This document shows, in pieces, positions 1 to 11,003 of a stretch of 64,000 nucleotides of DNA. The DNA lies in NCBI GenBank assembly GCA_963666285.1, contig OY762711.1; one strand, 5' to 3'. A model generated the notes under the pieces. The model was not told the origin of the DNA. It ran no database searches and was given only the letters and a program-made list of their open reading frames with translations. Source of the stretch: Sedimentisphaerales bacterium (GTDB lineage Bacteria > Planctomycetota > Phycisphaerae > Sedimentisphaerales > SM23-30). The translations under genes and the position numbers were made by a program. The stretch's first letter is position 1. Each line of letters begins with the position of its first letter.

Positions 1-58
1 CAAAAACAACAAACGCTCCCAATAACAGAGAAACAAGTAACCTGGATTTCATATTCAT
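1..58 (-). CDS. 5' end of a gene running off the window (signal-peptide-like start MNMKSRLLVSLLLGAFVVF)
   Basis: ATG at 58 on - strand preceded by GAAAGGA; hydrophobic N-terminus; too short to assign a product. Confidence 0.5.
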   Translation of the reverse strand, partial: MNMKSRLLVSLLLGAFVVF

Positions 59-204
59 ATTCCTTTCGTATCAGTACACCCTGGTACCTATATATTTTAA
101 AGCTCAAAAATATTTAATTTTAGTTGAACAGGTGCAAGTAAAACTCATGTTTAGGACAAGCACCAATAATATCGTAAAAAGATTATCCTATAAAGATGTC
201 GTAA

Positions 205-1416
205 TTATTTTTTCTTTTTACGAACCTTTTTAGCTTTAGTTTTTTTCTCTTTTTTCTTAGATACTTTTTCTTTTTTGGCAGGTTTGGCTTTAGCAGGTCT
301 TCCGCCGCCACCGCCACCGGACATAACAAGCCCAATAACGAGGAAAAGCAGAGCAACAACGCCAGCACCAACAGTAACCCACATCATGTTATCATTAACA
401 ATCTTGAGAATACCGGGGTTTGTACCACTGGCAAAAGCAACAACATTGAAAGCCATGTAAACCAGCATGACAAAAGAAATGAACATCATGAACCCGAAAG
501 CACTGCTAGTACGATCATAGATCTGCATAGCAGCAGCACGAGGACCACCGGCACCAGGCACAGCACCAGCCATAACAACCGGAGAATCGAATTCGTCAGT
601 TGATTCCTCTTCCACAATAGGTTCAGCAATGGCCTCGGCATCGTCATCATCATCGTCAACAGCTTCCAGCATAGGAGCCTTTTCATCATCACCGCCGAGG
701 TCGCCAATACCTTCATCGTAAATATCCTTGAGAATATCAGCACCAAGACTGGTATCATCAGCTTCACGCGAAAGGTCGAGCAACCCGCTACCGCTACTAC
801 CGGGATCAAGCGAAATTTCATCATCTAACTGCATTGGAGAAGAAACTTTTGTCTGTGCCAGAGGATCGGCGTCCGCGTCAGCTTCATTATCTTCTAGAGC
901 ATCAATCCCATGAGTGGTAACAACAGTGTCATCCTTGGTCGGCTTGCTATCTTCTGCCATCTGGGCATCAAGATTAACCGAGCCCTCTGAGGATGCATCG
1001 TTCAGCCCATACATTCCGGCTTCGCTTTCGGTTGGAGCCAGCCCAATAGAACTGCCGTCCAGATTTATAGCTTCAGACCCGGCGAGCAAATCGTCATCGT
1101 CGCCGGCAAGAGGCTCTAAATCACCAGCCGCAGTAGCATCAGCAGTAAAACTATCTTCGGGAGCGAGTCCGATAGAGCTGCCGGCAAGCCCGATAGAGCT
1201 ACCGTCAAGGTCCAGCCCTAAATCAATATCAGCATCCGGGATAGCATCGCCGCCAGAAGAAGCGACAAGTGAATCGACCTCGTCAACCTTGAAAAGTATC
1301 TTAGAGCCGTCACGAAATTCCCTCAGCTGTCCGTTCTGGACATATTCCTTAATCTGTGCTTCAGTACAGCCCAGTTTTTCCTGAACTTCCTCCATAGAGT
1401 AAAACATTTTGGCCAT
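205..1416 (-). CDS. Excisionase-like HTH protein with acidic low-complexity middle, two C-terminal TM helices and Lys-rich tail
   Basis: N-term MAKMFYSMEEVQEKLG...GQLREFRDGSKILFK resembles an HTH_17-like domain; GGAGG RBS before ATG 1416. Confidence 0.65.
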   Translation of the reverse strand: MAKMFYSMEEVQEKLGCTEAQIKEYVQNGQLREFRDGSKILFKVDEVDSLVASSGGDAIPDADIDLGLDLDGSSIGLAGSSIGLAPEDSFTADATAAGDLEPLAGDDDDLLAGSEAINLDGSSIGLAPTESEAGMYGLNDASSEGSVNLDAQMAEDSKPTKDDTVVTTHGIDALEDNEADADADPLAQTKVSSPMQLDDEISLDPGSSGSGLLDLSREADDTSLGADILKDIYDEGIGDLGGDDEKAPMLEAVDDDDDDAEAIAEPIVEEESTDEFDSPVVMAGAVPGAGGPRAAAMQIYDRTSSAFGFMMFISFVMLVYMAFNVVAFASGTNPGILKIVNDNMMWVTVGAGVVALLFLVIGLVMSGGGGGGRPAKAKPAKKEKVSKKKEKKTKAKKVRKKKK

Positions 1417-1519
1417 TTTTGATGGTCCTCCATGCCCGAACCAAACGGGCAAAGCAAAAATAATGCAGTTTTAAGTTTTATAACACAGCACCGGGCACAA
1501 AGGCCAGATGACAAGTATC

Positions 1520-1906
1520 TTATTTATTATCGTCACCAGCTTCAGAATTCATATCAGCCTCAAGCTGTTTTTCCAGTATCTTCAAAATATCATCCGGCGT
1601 CGGCGGTCCGGTATTATAGTCTTTGAGCAGCATGTCATAGCCGTAATACCTGGTGGCCATAAGCCTGAACCGCTGATAATCCGGCCTGCTCATATCATAA
1701 GCATAAAGGCAAATAGTCTGTTTAGACTTATGTACCATCGCCAGCAGGTCGAGTCCATTTATATTCAAAGTAACCAGTTCCAAATCATTGTCACTGACGC
1801 CGGCAGGCTGAGCTATTGCAGCAGACTCATTATTGCCTGGCCCTGTGGTAATCATATAAACAGAGATACAGGCAAAAACAACAAGCAAAATTTTCATACA
1901 TTTCAT
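1520..1906 (-). CDS. Hypothetical exported protein
   Basis: 128-aa ORF with signal-peptide-like N-terminus. Confidence 0.55.
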   Translation of the reverse strand: MKCMKILLVVFACISVYMITTGPGNNESAAIAQPAGVSDNDLELVTLNINGLDLLAMVHKSKQTICLYAYDMSRPDYQRFRLMATRYYGYDMLLKDYNTGPPTPDDILKILEKQLEADMNSEAGDDNK

Positions 1907-2455
1907 GCCGTAGAAATTCCGATCATCTGGATGCTAAGTTGTCTAATAATAAGTATCTATACCGCGCTCTACTGAGCAAATTTAACTGTTGGCACAACAA
2001 AGGCTGGTTTGCAAGGGGAAAAAACATTGCAAGGTAGTTTAATCTGTGTGCCTGGCAGGTTCAATAACTCTTTTATTTACATGAGTTTATACAATAAGCC
2101 CATAAATACAAAATTTTAACAGATGAGTGTGTTTTTTGCAAGAGAAAAACCGATTCATGCTTATTGGTAAAAAGCATAAAATTGAGCCAGGAAATTCGAT
2201 TAAAAAGAGAAGGATTTTGGTGTCAGAGCCATGAGCAAAATAAAATCACTGACGGAAAGTAAAAAAAACAAACAGCACACAAAGCACCGAGACTCATAAG
2301 AAGCAATTTAACTTATTATTTATAAGATACTTAAGTGATTAACGCCAAGAATCATAACTGAAATTCACCAAGCTAACCGGATGCTATTTTGGCAGGCCCA
2401 CACATGGTGTTATTTTACAATTTACCTTTTACATTATTAACATTATCATACTGAC

Positions 2456-3505
2456 ATGAGTTATTTAGAAATAATATCAGGCACCAGTAAAGGCCCATTA
2501 GCCCGACTAGTAAGGTTGCTACTGGTAGTACCTTCCATAATATATGGGTTTATTATCCGTATCCGCAACCTTGGATATAACCTTGGAATACTGAAAGTGA
2601 CCAAGTTTAATATACCTATTATATGTGTAGGTAATTTGACAGCCGGCGGGACAGGAAAGACGCCTATGGTGATATGGTTATGTAAGTATTTACAGAAAAA
2701 AGGTTTATCAGTAGGTTTACTAAGCCGCGGCTATAAGGGAGATGCCGAAGGAACTAATGATGAGATGCGGCTGCTGGAAGAGGCACTTGGTAATACCAGA
2801 TTTTATGTCGGTTCAGACCGGGTAACCTCAGCACAGACCGCAATTGACGAAGGTGTAATGACACTGGTCATGGACGACGGTTACCAGCATCGTCGACTGG
2901 GACGTTCACTGGATATATTAATGATAGACGGTCTATGCCCGTTTGGCTATAGAAAGATGCTACCGGCAGGTCTGCTGCGTGAGCCAGTTTCGGGAGTAAA
3001 ACGAGCAGAAATAGCGGCCATAAGCCGGGCCGACCTGGCAGGCGAAACCGCAATTGAACAAATAAAAGCAGCCCTAAAGAAGCATACTGATATTCCGGTA
3101 GTGACATGCTCACATAAGCCGGAGGCGATATACAGCTGCGATGGAGTAAAAGTACCATTAGAAGAGCTGTCAGGCAAAAAAGTAACCGCATTCTGCTCAA
3201 TCGGCAACCCGGGCGGATTTGTAGCAACGCTTGAAAAACTAGGAGCAGAAGTTCGCGGCAGATACTTTTTTGACGACCATAGTGACTATGATAACGAGCG
3301 AATAGATATTTTGCGACAGCTATCGGAAGATACGGGCGAACAATGGCTTATAACAACCGAAAAAGACTGGGTAAAACTGCGTGAGCTACCGGAAGTATCA
3401 ACGGTAAACAGGCTTTACTGGCTAAAAATTGAACTTGCAATATTGAGCGGCCAAGAGGAACTTGAGCGTGTAATTGACGAATCATTAAAGAAATTCATGC
3501 CGTAA
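2456..3505 (+). CDS. lpxK: Tetraacyldisaccharide 4'-kinase
   Basis: VGNLTAGGTGKTP Walker A, LSRGYK, MDDGYQH, LPAGLLREP, ITTEKDWVKL motifs. Confidence 0.95.
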   Translation: MSYLEIISGTSKGPLARLVRLLLVVPSIIYGFIIRIRNLGYNLGILKVTKFNIPIICVGNLTAGGTGKTPMVIWLCKYLQKKGLSVGLLSRGYKGDAEGTNDEMRLLEEALGNTRFYVGSDRVTSAQTAIDEGVMTLVMDDGYQHRRLGRSLDILMIDGLCPFGYRKMLPAGLLREPVSGVKRAEIAAISRADLAGETAIEQIKAALKKHTDIPVVTCSHKPEAIYSCDGVKVPLEELSGKKVTAFCSIGNPGGFVATLEKLGAEVRGRYFFDDHSDYDNERIDILRQLSEDTGEQWLITTEKDWVKLRELPEVSTVNRLYWLKIELAILSGQEELERVIDESLKKFMP

Positions 3506-3718
3506 CTTACCTGCCACATAAAAACCCAAATCTCCAAACAAAAATGTTACAATAATGACACATTTTTGATATAATTGATAATCTAGATTCGCTTTTACTA
3601 TAATATCTACAAAAACTTAGCAACACAATCCTCCTCAGCGAGCCACGGTAAACATAAGGCGTACAACCGCCCCCACAAAAATTGACACACCAAATAAAAC
3701 AGCAAAGGACGATACCAA

Positions 3719-5254
3719 ATGATCAAAATCAGATTCAATTTTTTGTATATCACTGTCTTATCTACACTTATATCATGGTGTCCGGCATTAGCAGAAGAAA
3801 CACCCAGCCCGGCAAGCAAGTATGTCTTTTTGTTTATAGGCGACGGAATGGCAGCAGCACAAGTACATGCAACAGAAGCATATCTATCCGCAACGCAGCC
3901 AGAGTCGGAGCCGGGTAAAGAAGCGATACTAACAATGGATACATTCCCGATCCATGCGATGCAGATCAGCCATTCCAACAACAGCCTGATAACGGATTCT
4001 GCTGCGGCAGGAACCGCCCTGGCATGCGGGCAGAAGACCAATAACGGCGTATTAGCAAAATCGCCAGACCTGAAACATAATTATCGCAGCATTGCCGAGC
4101 TGGCAAAATCTAAGGGAATGAAAGTTGGAATTGTAACAAGCGTATCGCTTGACCATGCAACACCTGCATCATTTTATGCCCACCAAAACAGCCGCGAGAA
4201 TTACGAACAAATTGCATTTGAACTTTTAGAGAAAGACTTTGACTATTTTGGCGGCGGCGGCTTTAAGGTTGACACATGGCGCAGCAGGAAATACAGGAAA
4301 CTGTCATTAAGCCAACGATATGAAGTAATAAAAGAGGCAGCAACCGCAAATGGTTTTACATATGTAAATAATCGCGAAGATTTCGCGAAAGCAAATTCAG
4401 GTCGAGTGTTAGCAGTGAACCGATACCTGGATGGGCTGAACTCATTGCCGTATAATATCAATATTGAAAACGCAGGCGGCGAAGGAGGGAAATATGACGG
4501 CTCAATATCGCTGGCAGAATTTACCCAGAAGGGAATAGACCTGTTGGAAAATGAGAATGGATTTTTCATGATGGTAGAAGGCGGTAAGATCGACTGGGCC
4601 TGTCATGCCAATGATGCACGAGCGGCAATAGATGAAACAATAGCCTTTGATGAAGCGATTTCAGTGGCGTTAAAATTCTACCAGGCACACCCGGAAGAGA
4701 CAACAATAGTAGTAACCGGTGATCACGAATGCGGCGGAATGGCGTTAGGATTTGCCGCAACCAAATACACCTCATTTTTCCATATACTAAGCAAACAAAA
4801 GCTGGCCTTCGACGAATTTAACAGCTGTATAATACCGGCATATAAAGAATCGCATGACACCTTTACAGAAAATATCGACCAGGAGATGTGGCAGATAATA
4901 TTTGACTGTTTCGGATTGGACGGAGCAGATATTTCACCGGAGAAATCAGACAATCTCAGTGAGTATCAGAAGATTATGCTGGAGAACGCATACGACAAAC
5001 AATTCAACAAGACATCCGATATGCCAAAAGAGCAGGAGTATATTCTTTACGGCAAACTGCAACCTATGACAATATCCCTGACACATATAATAAACCAGAG
5101 AGCCGGACTGTCGTGGACCTCTTATGCCCATACAGCGATCCCGGTGCCGGTAAGAGCGATAGGCAAAGACCAGGATAACTTCAGCGGGTATTATCAAAAT
5201 GTCGAGATACCCAGAAGACTGGCCACAATAATAAACGGATCACTTACGGAATAA
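3719..5254 (+). CDS. Alkaline phosphatase (PhoA family)
   Basis: FIGDGM, TDSAAAGTALA (catalytic Ser), HATPASF, VEGGKIDWACH, TGDHECGG; signal peptide. Confidence 0.93.
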   Translation: MIKIRFNFLYITVLSTLISWCPALAEETPSPASKYVFLFIGDGMAAAQVHATEAYLSATQPESEPGKEAILTMDTFPIHAMQISHSNNSLITDSAAAGTALACGQKTNNGVLAKSPDLKHNYRSIAELAKSKGMKVGIVTSVSLDHATPASFYAHQNSRENYEQIAFELLEKDFDYFGGGGFKVDTWRSRKYRKLSLSQRYEVIKEAATANGFTYVNNREDFAKANSGRVLAVNRYLDGLNSLPYNINIENAGGEGGKYDGSISLAEFTQKGIDLLENENGFFMMVEGGKIDWACHANDARAAIDETIAFDEAISVALKFYQAHPEETTIVVTGDHECGGMALGFAATKYTSFFHILSKQKLAFDEFNSCIIPAYKESHDTFTENIDQEMWQIIFDCFGLDGADISPEKSDNLSEYQKIMLENAYDKQFNKTSDMPKEQEYILYGKLQPMTISLTHIINQRAGLSWTSYAHTAIPVPVRAIGKDQDNFSGYYQNVEIPRRLATIINGSLTE

Positions 5255-5267
5255 TACTATCAAAGCC

Positions 5268-6407
5268 ATGAGAACAGCAGACGCAATTACAACAGGATTG
5301 TTTATAATCGCATGCATTGTCCTGCTAGTTATACCGACCGGCTTTGAGAACAGGATTCCGGATGGTTCGTTTTTGGTGAAGGCAAAAGTTCTGGAAGTTA
5401 ACAACTCGGCAGTTGAGCAATACCAGATAGTAACAACCGGCAGCCAATACCTGGAAGTTGAAATCCTTGAAGGAGAATTTGCAGGCACAACAACCCAGGC
5501 CATTAACCAGCTGACCGGCAGAATGGAATTCGATGAAGTTATCAGGCCGTATTCGATTATTATGATCGAATACAAGCTTAATGATGATCACGATATCGAG
5601 ATAGCCTATTCGAGGGGATATTACCGACTGCAATACGAATTGCTCCTGATACTACTTTTTGCCGGTTTCCTGATAGCGGTAGCAGGATGGACGGGGCTGA
5701 AGGCGATAGTGTCATTTGCATTTGCGGCGTTAATGATATGGAAGATACTGATACCGTTATTTCTCAAAGGAGTTGACCCGATACCATTATCACTGGCGGT
5801 AGTCGCACTGCTGACAGCATCGATAAGTTTCCTGGTTGGCGGGCTGACACGTAAAGGGCTGACAGCGTTTGCCGGATCATTTTCGGGGCTGTTGCTGACG
5901 TGTATCCTGGCGAAGCTTTTTGCACCCGGTTTTGTTATTCACGGGGCAGTGAAACCGTTTGCAGAGACCCTGCTGTATTCGGGTTACGAGCATCTGAACT
6001 TGTCGGGAATATTCCTGGCAGGGATATTTATCGCGTGTTCGGGGGCGGTAATGGACCTGGCGATGGATGTGTCAGCTTCAATTTATGAAATAAAACAGAA
6101 GAAGCCAGAGATAACATTCTGGCCACTGTTTAAATCGGGTATGGCTGTAGGCCGTTCGGTTATAGGGACGATGACCACCACGCTGCTGCTGGCATATTCC
6201 GGGGGGTATACCGCGATGATGATGTGTTTTATGGCCAAAGGACTGCCGGTGGCACAGATACTTAACAAGACATATGTCGCGGCAGAAATATTAAACATTA
6301 TAGTAGGCAGCTTTGGGCTGGTAGCGGTGGCGCCGCTGACCGCCCTGATCGGCAGTATGCTGATGAATATGGGAAATTGCGGGGATGATAGTGAAAGCAC
6401 AAAATAA
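5268..6407 (+). CDS. YibE/F family membrane protein
   Basis: Multi-TM protein with GAVMDLAMDVS and GRSVIGTMTTTLLLAY motifs. Confidence 0.88.
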   Translation: MRTADAITTGLFIIACIVLLVIPTGFENRIPDGSFLVKAKVLEVNNSAVEQYQIVTTGSQYLEVEILEGEFAGTTTQAINQLTGRMEFDEVIRPYSIIMIEYKLNDDHDIEIAYSRGYYRLQYELLLILLFAGFLIAVAGWTGLKAIVSFAFAALMIWKILIPLFLKGVDPIPLSLAVVALLTASISFLVGGLTRKGLTAFAGSFSGLLLTCILAKLFAPGFVIHGAVKPFAETLLYSGYEHLNLSGIFLAGIFIACSGAVMDLAMDVSASIYEIKQKKPEITFWPLFKSGMAVGRSVIGTMTTTLLLAYSGGYTAMMMCFMAKGLPVAQILNKTYVAAEILNIIVGSFGLVAVAPLTALIGSMLMNMGNCGDDSESTK

Positions 6408-6470
6408 CAACCACTACCTCAACAAAAGCAATTTTCAGAGGTAATCATTAGAGATAAACCGAAACCGCTC

Positions 6471-7757
6471 TTAACGTTTTATGAGCCAGTGTTGAGCAAA
6501 AACGTTGAGGTCTTTCATGTCGATGAAATTTTCGCTTTTGCCTTCGGTATCCAAATCGCACAGGCTGTTCCAGCCGATGCCGCCTTTGTTTGTTTGCCAT
6601 GCGGCACTGAACGCACCGAAATCAATCATATTTACGCCATAATCTCCGGCAATATCGCCGGGGATAGTTTCCTGAAAGCGTAATGCCGGGGAGTCGAAAC
6701 CTTCGCGAATCTTCCATACATCATCGAAGTCCCAGTTGGTGAAATTAGACTGATGGGTCATCTGTTCAAAAGAAAGGTAGTCTGCACCCCCGGAATAATC
6801 AGGATTGCAATAGAAAGAATCCGTACACGGGATATATGCAGTACCCCATAGACCGCCATAATAAGCCTGAGCAGTTAACGAACCAACGATTGCATAGCAG
6901 TTGCTGACAAATCCGGCGTCAAGCTTGCCGCCAAAACACCCGACCCTGACACTGCCGGAAATTTTATCACAAATGGAATAGCAGTTCTGAATATTGCCGT
7001 TACTAAAGCCGCAAAAACCTCCGGTCAAATCATCACAATAAAAATATGAGACACGGGCATAACATTGTTGAATACTACCGGAATTTCTGCCGCAGAAACC
7101 ACCAAAAGAATGGGCACATCTGGCTTGAGGCTTTTCAACACCTTCAACAAAACTGTTTGTTATACTGCCGGTATTGCAACCACAAAAGCCGCCATAAACA
7201 GTATTGTAATTACTGCTGGTATTGATCGTTACCGACCGGATAGAACAGTTGCTGACAGCTCCGGCATTACACCCACAGATCGGACCGACAATTCGAGAAT
7301 CGTAGGCACCGTAAATGGTGACATTTTGCAGGTGCAGGTTGGAGACAGAACCAGATGAACCAATCTTGCCAAAGATACCGAGGTAGCAGCAGCTAACACT
7401 TAAAGCTCCTATGGTAGTATTGCTGATCGTGCAACCGTTACCGTCAAAAGTACCTTCGTATGGTGTACCATCAAATGCTTCCCAGTTGGTATTGTCTGTA
7501 TCGGGAGCAATATATGCCCGGGGAGATATAGGATATTCGCTGAAATCGAGCGGGTTGGTCAGCCGGGCGTAGGTGCCTGCGGCCCAGAAGACCCCGGCAT
7601 TTTCCTGGCTGCTGAATTCGAGGAAATCCTCTACGTCGTGGATAAGGAAAGGCGAATCGAGAGTGCCGGTGCCGGTGATGATGCCGTTAGCTGCTGTAAG
7701 TGGAGAAGAAATAATAAGTAATAGAAACAGAATTTGAATTGAGATAGAGAATTTCAT
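6471..7757 (-). CDS. Secreted GLUG-motif beta-helix protein with C-terminal dockerin-like domain
   Basis: Repeated GGFCGxN units, GTFDGNG, WDFDDVWKI, C-term GDIAGDYGVNMIDF...DLNVFAQHWL; start after GGAGGA. Confidence 0.7.
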   Translation of the reverse strand: MKFSISIQILFLLLIISSPLTAANGIITGTGTLDSPFLIHDVEDFLEFSSQENAGVFWAAGTYARLTNPLDFSEYPISPRAYIAPDTDNTNWEAFDGTPYEGTFDGNGCTISNTTIGALSVSCCYLGIFGKIGSSGSVSNLHLQNVTIYGAYDSRIVGPICGCNAGAVSNCSIRSVTINTSSNYNTVYGGFCGCNTGSITNSFVEGVEKPQARCAHSFGGFCGRNSGSIQQCYARVSYFYCDDLTGGFCGFSNGNIQNCYSICDKISGSVRVGCFGGKLDAGFVSNCYAIVGSLTAQAYYGGLWGTAYIPCTDSFYCNPDYSGGADYLSFEQMTHQSNFTNWDFDDVWKIREGFDSPALRFQETIPGDIAGDYGVNMIDFGAFSAAWQTNKGGIGWNSLCDLDTEGKSENFIDMKDLNVFAQHWLIKR

Positions 7758-7977
7758 GCACATTCCTCCAGAACTTAGAGAGATAAACCAAAATACATAC
7801 ACTAACAAATTTTTGCACTCTAAGGTTTCAAGAACCATTCAATATTAACAATAGGCCGGTACGAAGGAAATTTTCAAATGAAAGCATGATAAATAAAGAC
7901 CATAAGGAGCTATCTGTCGCATGATACGAACTTTATCGTTGATAAAAAGCGGGAATTAACGTACATTAATTAGTACT

Positions 7978-9483
7978 ATGCACCAACGACTATTGACTAT
8001 AGTAGAAAATATCGGCAAGCCGAAAGTACTGCTGGCGGGCGACTTTATGCTCGACCACTACCTGCTCGGCAATATAGACCGGATCTCGCCAGAGGCGCCG
8101 GTATCAATATTAAACGTATGCGACCGTCAGGCCCAGCCAGGCGGCGCAGGCTCGGTAGCGGTTGACCTGGCGACGCTGGATGTTGACGTTCGCTGCCTGG
8201 GCGTTGTAGGCGATGATATCAATGGCCGCCGTCTGAAAGAGATGCTGGATGAGTATCCGACGGTTGATGCCGAGTATATGGTAGTTGACCGGAACCGCCC
8301 TACCACGAGCAAACAGCGGATAGTAGGCCTGGCACAGCACAGGCACCGTCAGCAGCTGATGCGGATTGACGAGGAGGATTCCGGGGCGATCAGTGATGAG
8401 ATTCAACAGGAGCTGATGAAGCATTTCCAGGCGGGCCTGGAGTGGTGCGATGTAGTCTGCCTGGAGGATTATAATAAGGGAGTGCTAAACGATACATTTG
8501 CCCAGAAGCTGATCCAGGCAGCCAAGGCAGCCGGTAAAAAGACGATAATCGACCCGGGTGCGGTAGCGGACTATTCGCGATATAAAGGTGCGTGGATGGT
8601 TAAGCCTAACCGTCGTGAGCTGGCAAAGGCAACGGGTATGTCGCTGAACGGTGAGATTGAAGATGTCGGGCAAGCGGCGGCGAAGCTGGCAAGTGAAATG
8701 GATATTGCCAACTTGGTAGTGACACTGGACAAGTCGGGTGCGTACCTGTACCAGTCGAACCAGAAGCAAGGCGACCTGGTACCGACCCGCGCGAGAAGTG
8801 TTTACGATGTGACCGGTGCCGGTGATATGGTACTGGCGATGCTGGGAACGCTGTTTGGTGCGGCATTTGCAGATATCAAGCCACCGACAATGATCGAAAT
8901 GATAATGCTGGCAAATATAGCCGGCGGGCTGGAGGTTGAGAAGTTCGGCTGCGTGGGAATAAGCCGAGGCGAGATAATGGCGGAGATATGCCGGGACCAG
9001 CGATTGAGCGTTGGCAAGGTATGCACTACGGAAGACCTGCTGAACCAGTTGAAATGGCGCAGCGGTAAAAAGGTTGTCTTTACGAACGGGTGTTATGACC
9101 TGATCCATCCGGGCCATATAGAACTACTGAAATTTGCGAGCAGCCAGGGAGATATCCTGGTAGTCGGCCTGAACAGCGATGATTCAGTTCGCAGGCTGAA
9201 AGGCGATAAGCGGCCGATAATGGGCGAGAGCGAAAGAGCCGCGGTATTGGCCGCGTTGGAAGTGGTTGACTATGTGGTAATTTTTGACGAAGATACCCCG
9301 GAACGAATAATAAAGGATATTACCCCGGATGTTCTGATAAAAGGTACTGACTGGCAAGGCGATGTTGTCGGTCAGGACTGGGTTGAAGCTAACGGTGGAG
9401 AATGTGTGCTTATGCCGCTGGTTGAGGGTATGAGCACAACTGGTATAGTTGAAAGAGTTATCGAAAGATATAAAAACAGTTAA
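7978..9483 (+). CDS. hldE: Bifunctional heptose-7-phosphate kinase / heptose-1-phosphate adenylyltransferase
   Basis: RISPEAPV, DVTGAGD ribokinase motif, FTNGCYDLIHPGH, VGLNSDDSVRRLKG. Confidence 0.95.
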   Translation: MHQRLLTIVENIGKPKVLLAGDFMLDHYLLGNIDRISPEAPVSILNVCDRQAQPGGAGSVAVDLATLDVDVRCLGVVGDDINGRRLKEMLDEYPTVDAEYMVVDRNRPTTSKQRIVGLAQHRHRQQLMRIDEEDSGAISDEIQQELMKHFQAGLEWCDVVCLEDYNKGVLNDTFAQKLIQAAKAAGKKTIIDPGAVADYSRYKGAWMVKPNRRELAKATGMSLNGEIEDVGQAAAKLASEMDIANLVVTLDKSGAYLYQSNQKQGDLVPTRARSVYDVTGAGDMVLAMLGTLFGAAFADIKPPTMIEMIMLANIAGGLEVEKFGCVGISRGEIMAEICRDQRLSVGKVCTTEDLLNQLKWRSGKKVVFTNGCYDLIHPGHIELLKFASSQGDILVVGLNSDDSVRRLKGDKRPIMGESERAAVLAALEVVDYVVIFDEDTPERIIKDITPDVLIKGTDWQGDVVGQDWVEANGGECVLMPLVEGMSTTGIVERVIERYKNS

Positions 9484-9676
9484 GAACTCCAAACTGACCG
9501 ATGGGACCGGTTAAGTGAAAAACGAATAATGAAAATTGAAAAATTAAGGAGTTCGACTATCGTCTCATGCTTTGTTTAAATTTAAGGTTTTGCAAAAAGG
9601 CCCTTTTAGGCGATTTTTGCAACTAAAAAACTGCAAAAGTTAACTCTGATTAATAAGATTATGACAGGAAAGTATT

Positions 9677-10894
9677 TTGGCAAATAAAGCAGTATTTTGG
9701 GATCGTGACGGCACACTATTAAAACACCACGACTATTTGACAAAGGTTGAAGAGGTCGAACTGATAAGAGGTGCGGGAGGGGCAATAAAATACCTGGCTG
9801 ATCGCGGATACAAAAATGTGGTCATAACCAATCAGTCGGCAATAGCGAGAGGACTATTGTCCGAGCAGGGCCTGGCTGATATTCATAAGAAGATGGCTTC
9901 TATGCTGGTTCGGGATAAGGCTTATATCGATAAGATTTACTATTGCCCATTTCATCCAGAGGGAGCGATCGAGCAATATCGCAAGGAAAGTGAGCTGCGT
10001 AAGCCGGAGCCGGGTATGTTGAAACTGGCCGCAGAAGAGCTGAACCTGGACCTGGAGCAGTGCTGGATGATTGGTGATGATGACAGGGATATTCTGGCGG
10101 GAGAAGCTGCGGGATGCCGAACGATAATGATAAAGAACCAGGGAAGCGAACTGGTACGAAAAGGTGAGGCTAACCCGGACTATACGGCGGGAAGCCCGCA
10201 GGAAGCGGCAAATATAGTAGCCCATTACGGCAAGCAGAGCAAAAGTGAACCGGAAAATGAGCCGGAGCCGGAAGATGGGGATAAGAACAATACGAAAGCA
10301 AAAATATCGGGAAAAGTAATCATCCCGGTCGGCGGAGCTTCTAAAGCTGTTGACGAGGAAGAGGCGAAAAAGAAAGGCATTGTCGACAAGCAGGACGAGC
10401 CGGAAAGCGAATCTGATAGCGACGATGAAGTTGTTCCTGAAGAGGAGGTAATTGAAGAAGAACCGCTGCATGTAAGCAAGGTTCGCAGCCAGGCCAGGGA
10501 GAGCAAGCCAAAAGAGATACAGATATCTGATGCGGCAGAAGAACAGCAGGAGCCGGAAAAGGAGTTGGAAACAGAGCTGCCGGAGGTAAAGGACAAAGCA
10601 GAGAATGCAATATCGCAACCGGAAAGAAGGGCCAGCGATACGAACCAGCTGCTGCAGGAAGTATTGCGAGAGCTTAAGAGGCATAATATACGGGAGGAAG
10701 ATGCGAAGGCCGAATTTTCGGGAGCTTCGCTGCTGGCGGGGGTAACGCAGATTGTCGTGATATTGTGCCTGGTGATGGCATATGTGGCGACCGGCGGCAC
10801 AGAAACGAATTATGATAAGCTGCAAAGCTGGCTATTGGGTGGAATGATATTCCAGACGATGACGGTTGCCCTGCTGATGATGAATAACAGGTAG
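9677..10894 (+). CDS. gmhB: D-glycero-D-manno-heptose-1,7-bisphosphate phosphatase domain fused to an acidic linker and two TM helices
   Basis: DRDGTL, ITNQS, YYCPFHP, RKPEPGM, MIGD motifs; directly downstream of hldE. Confidence 0.8.
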   Translation: MANKAVFWDRDGTLLKHHDYLTKVEEVELIRGAGGAIKYLADRGYKNVVITNQSAIARGLLSEQGLADIHKKMASMLVRDKAYIDKIYYCPFHPEGAIEQYRKESELRKPEPGMLKLAAEELNLDLEQCWMIGDDDRDILAGEAAGCRTIMIKNQGSELVRKGEANPDYTAGSPQEAANIVAHYGKQSKSEPENEPEPEDGDKNNTKAKISGKVIIPVGGASKAVDEEEAKKKGIVDKQDEPESESDSDDEVVPEEEVIEEEPLHVSKVRSQARESKPKEIQISDAAEEQQEPEKELETELPEVKDKAENAISQPERRASDTNQLLQEVLRELKRHNIREEDAKAEFSGASLLAGVTQIVVILCLVMAYVATGGTETNYDKLQSWLLGGMIFQTMTVALLMMNNR

Positions 10895-11003
10895 TTTGGT
10901 GGTGTAATAATGAATGGGCGGAGCGGATGAATATGCCGGGGGGCAGCGGAGGGAGTGTGTTTTTAGCTGGAAAATACGGGATAAATGACTATACTTTTGG
11001 CCT

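Noticed and set aside
9854..10825. 323-aa and 191-aa - strand ORFs inside gmhB
   Set aside because: Antisense shadows of a Glu/Lys-rich coding region, with biased composition.
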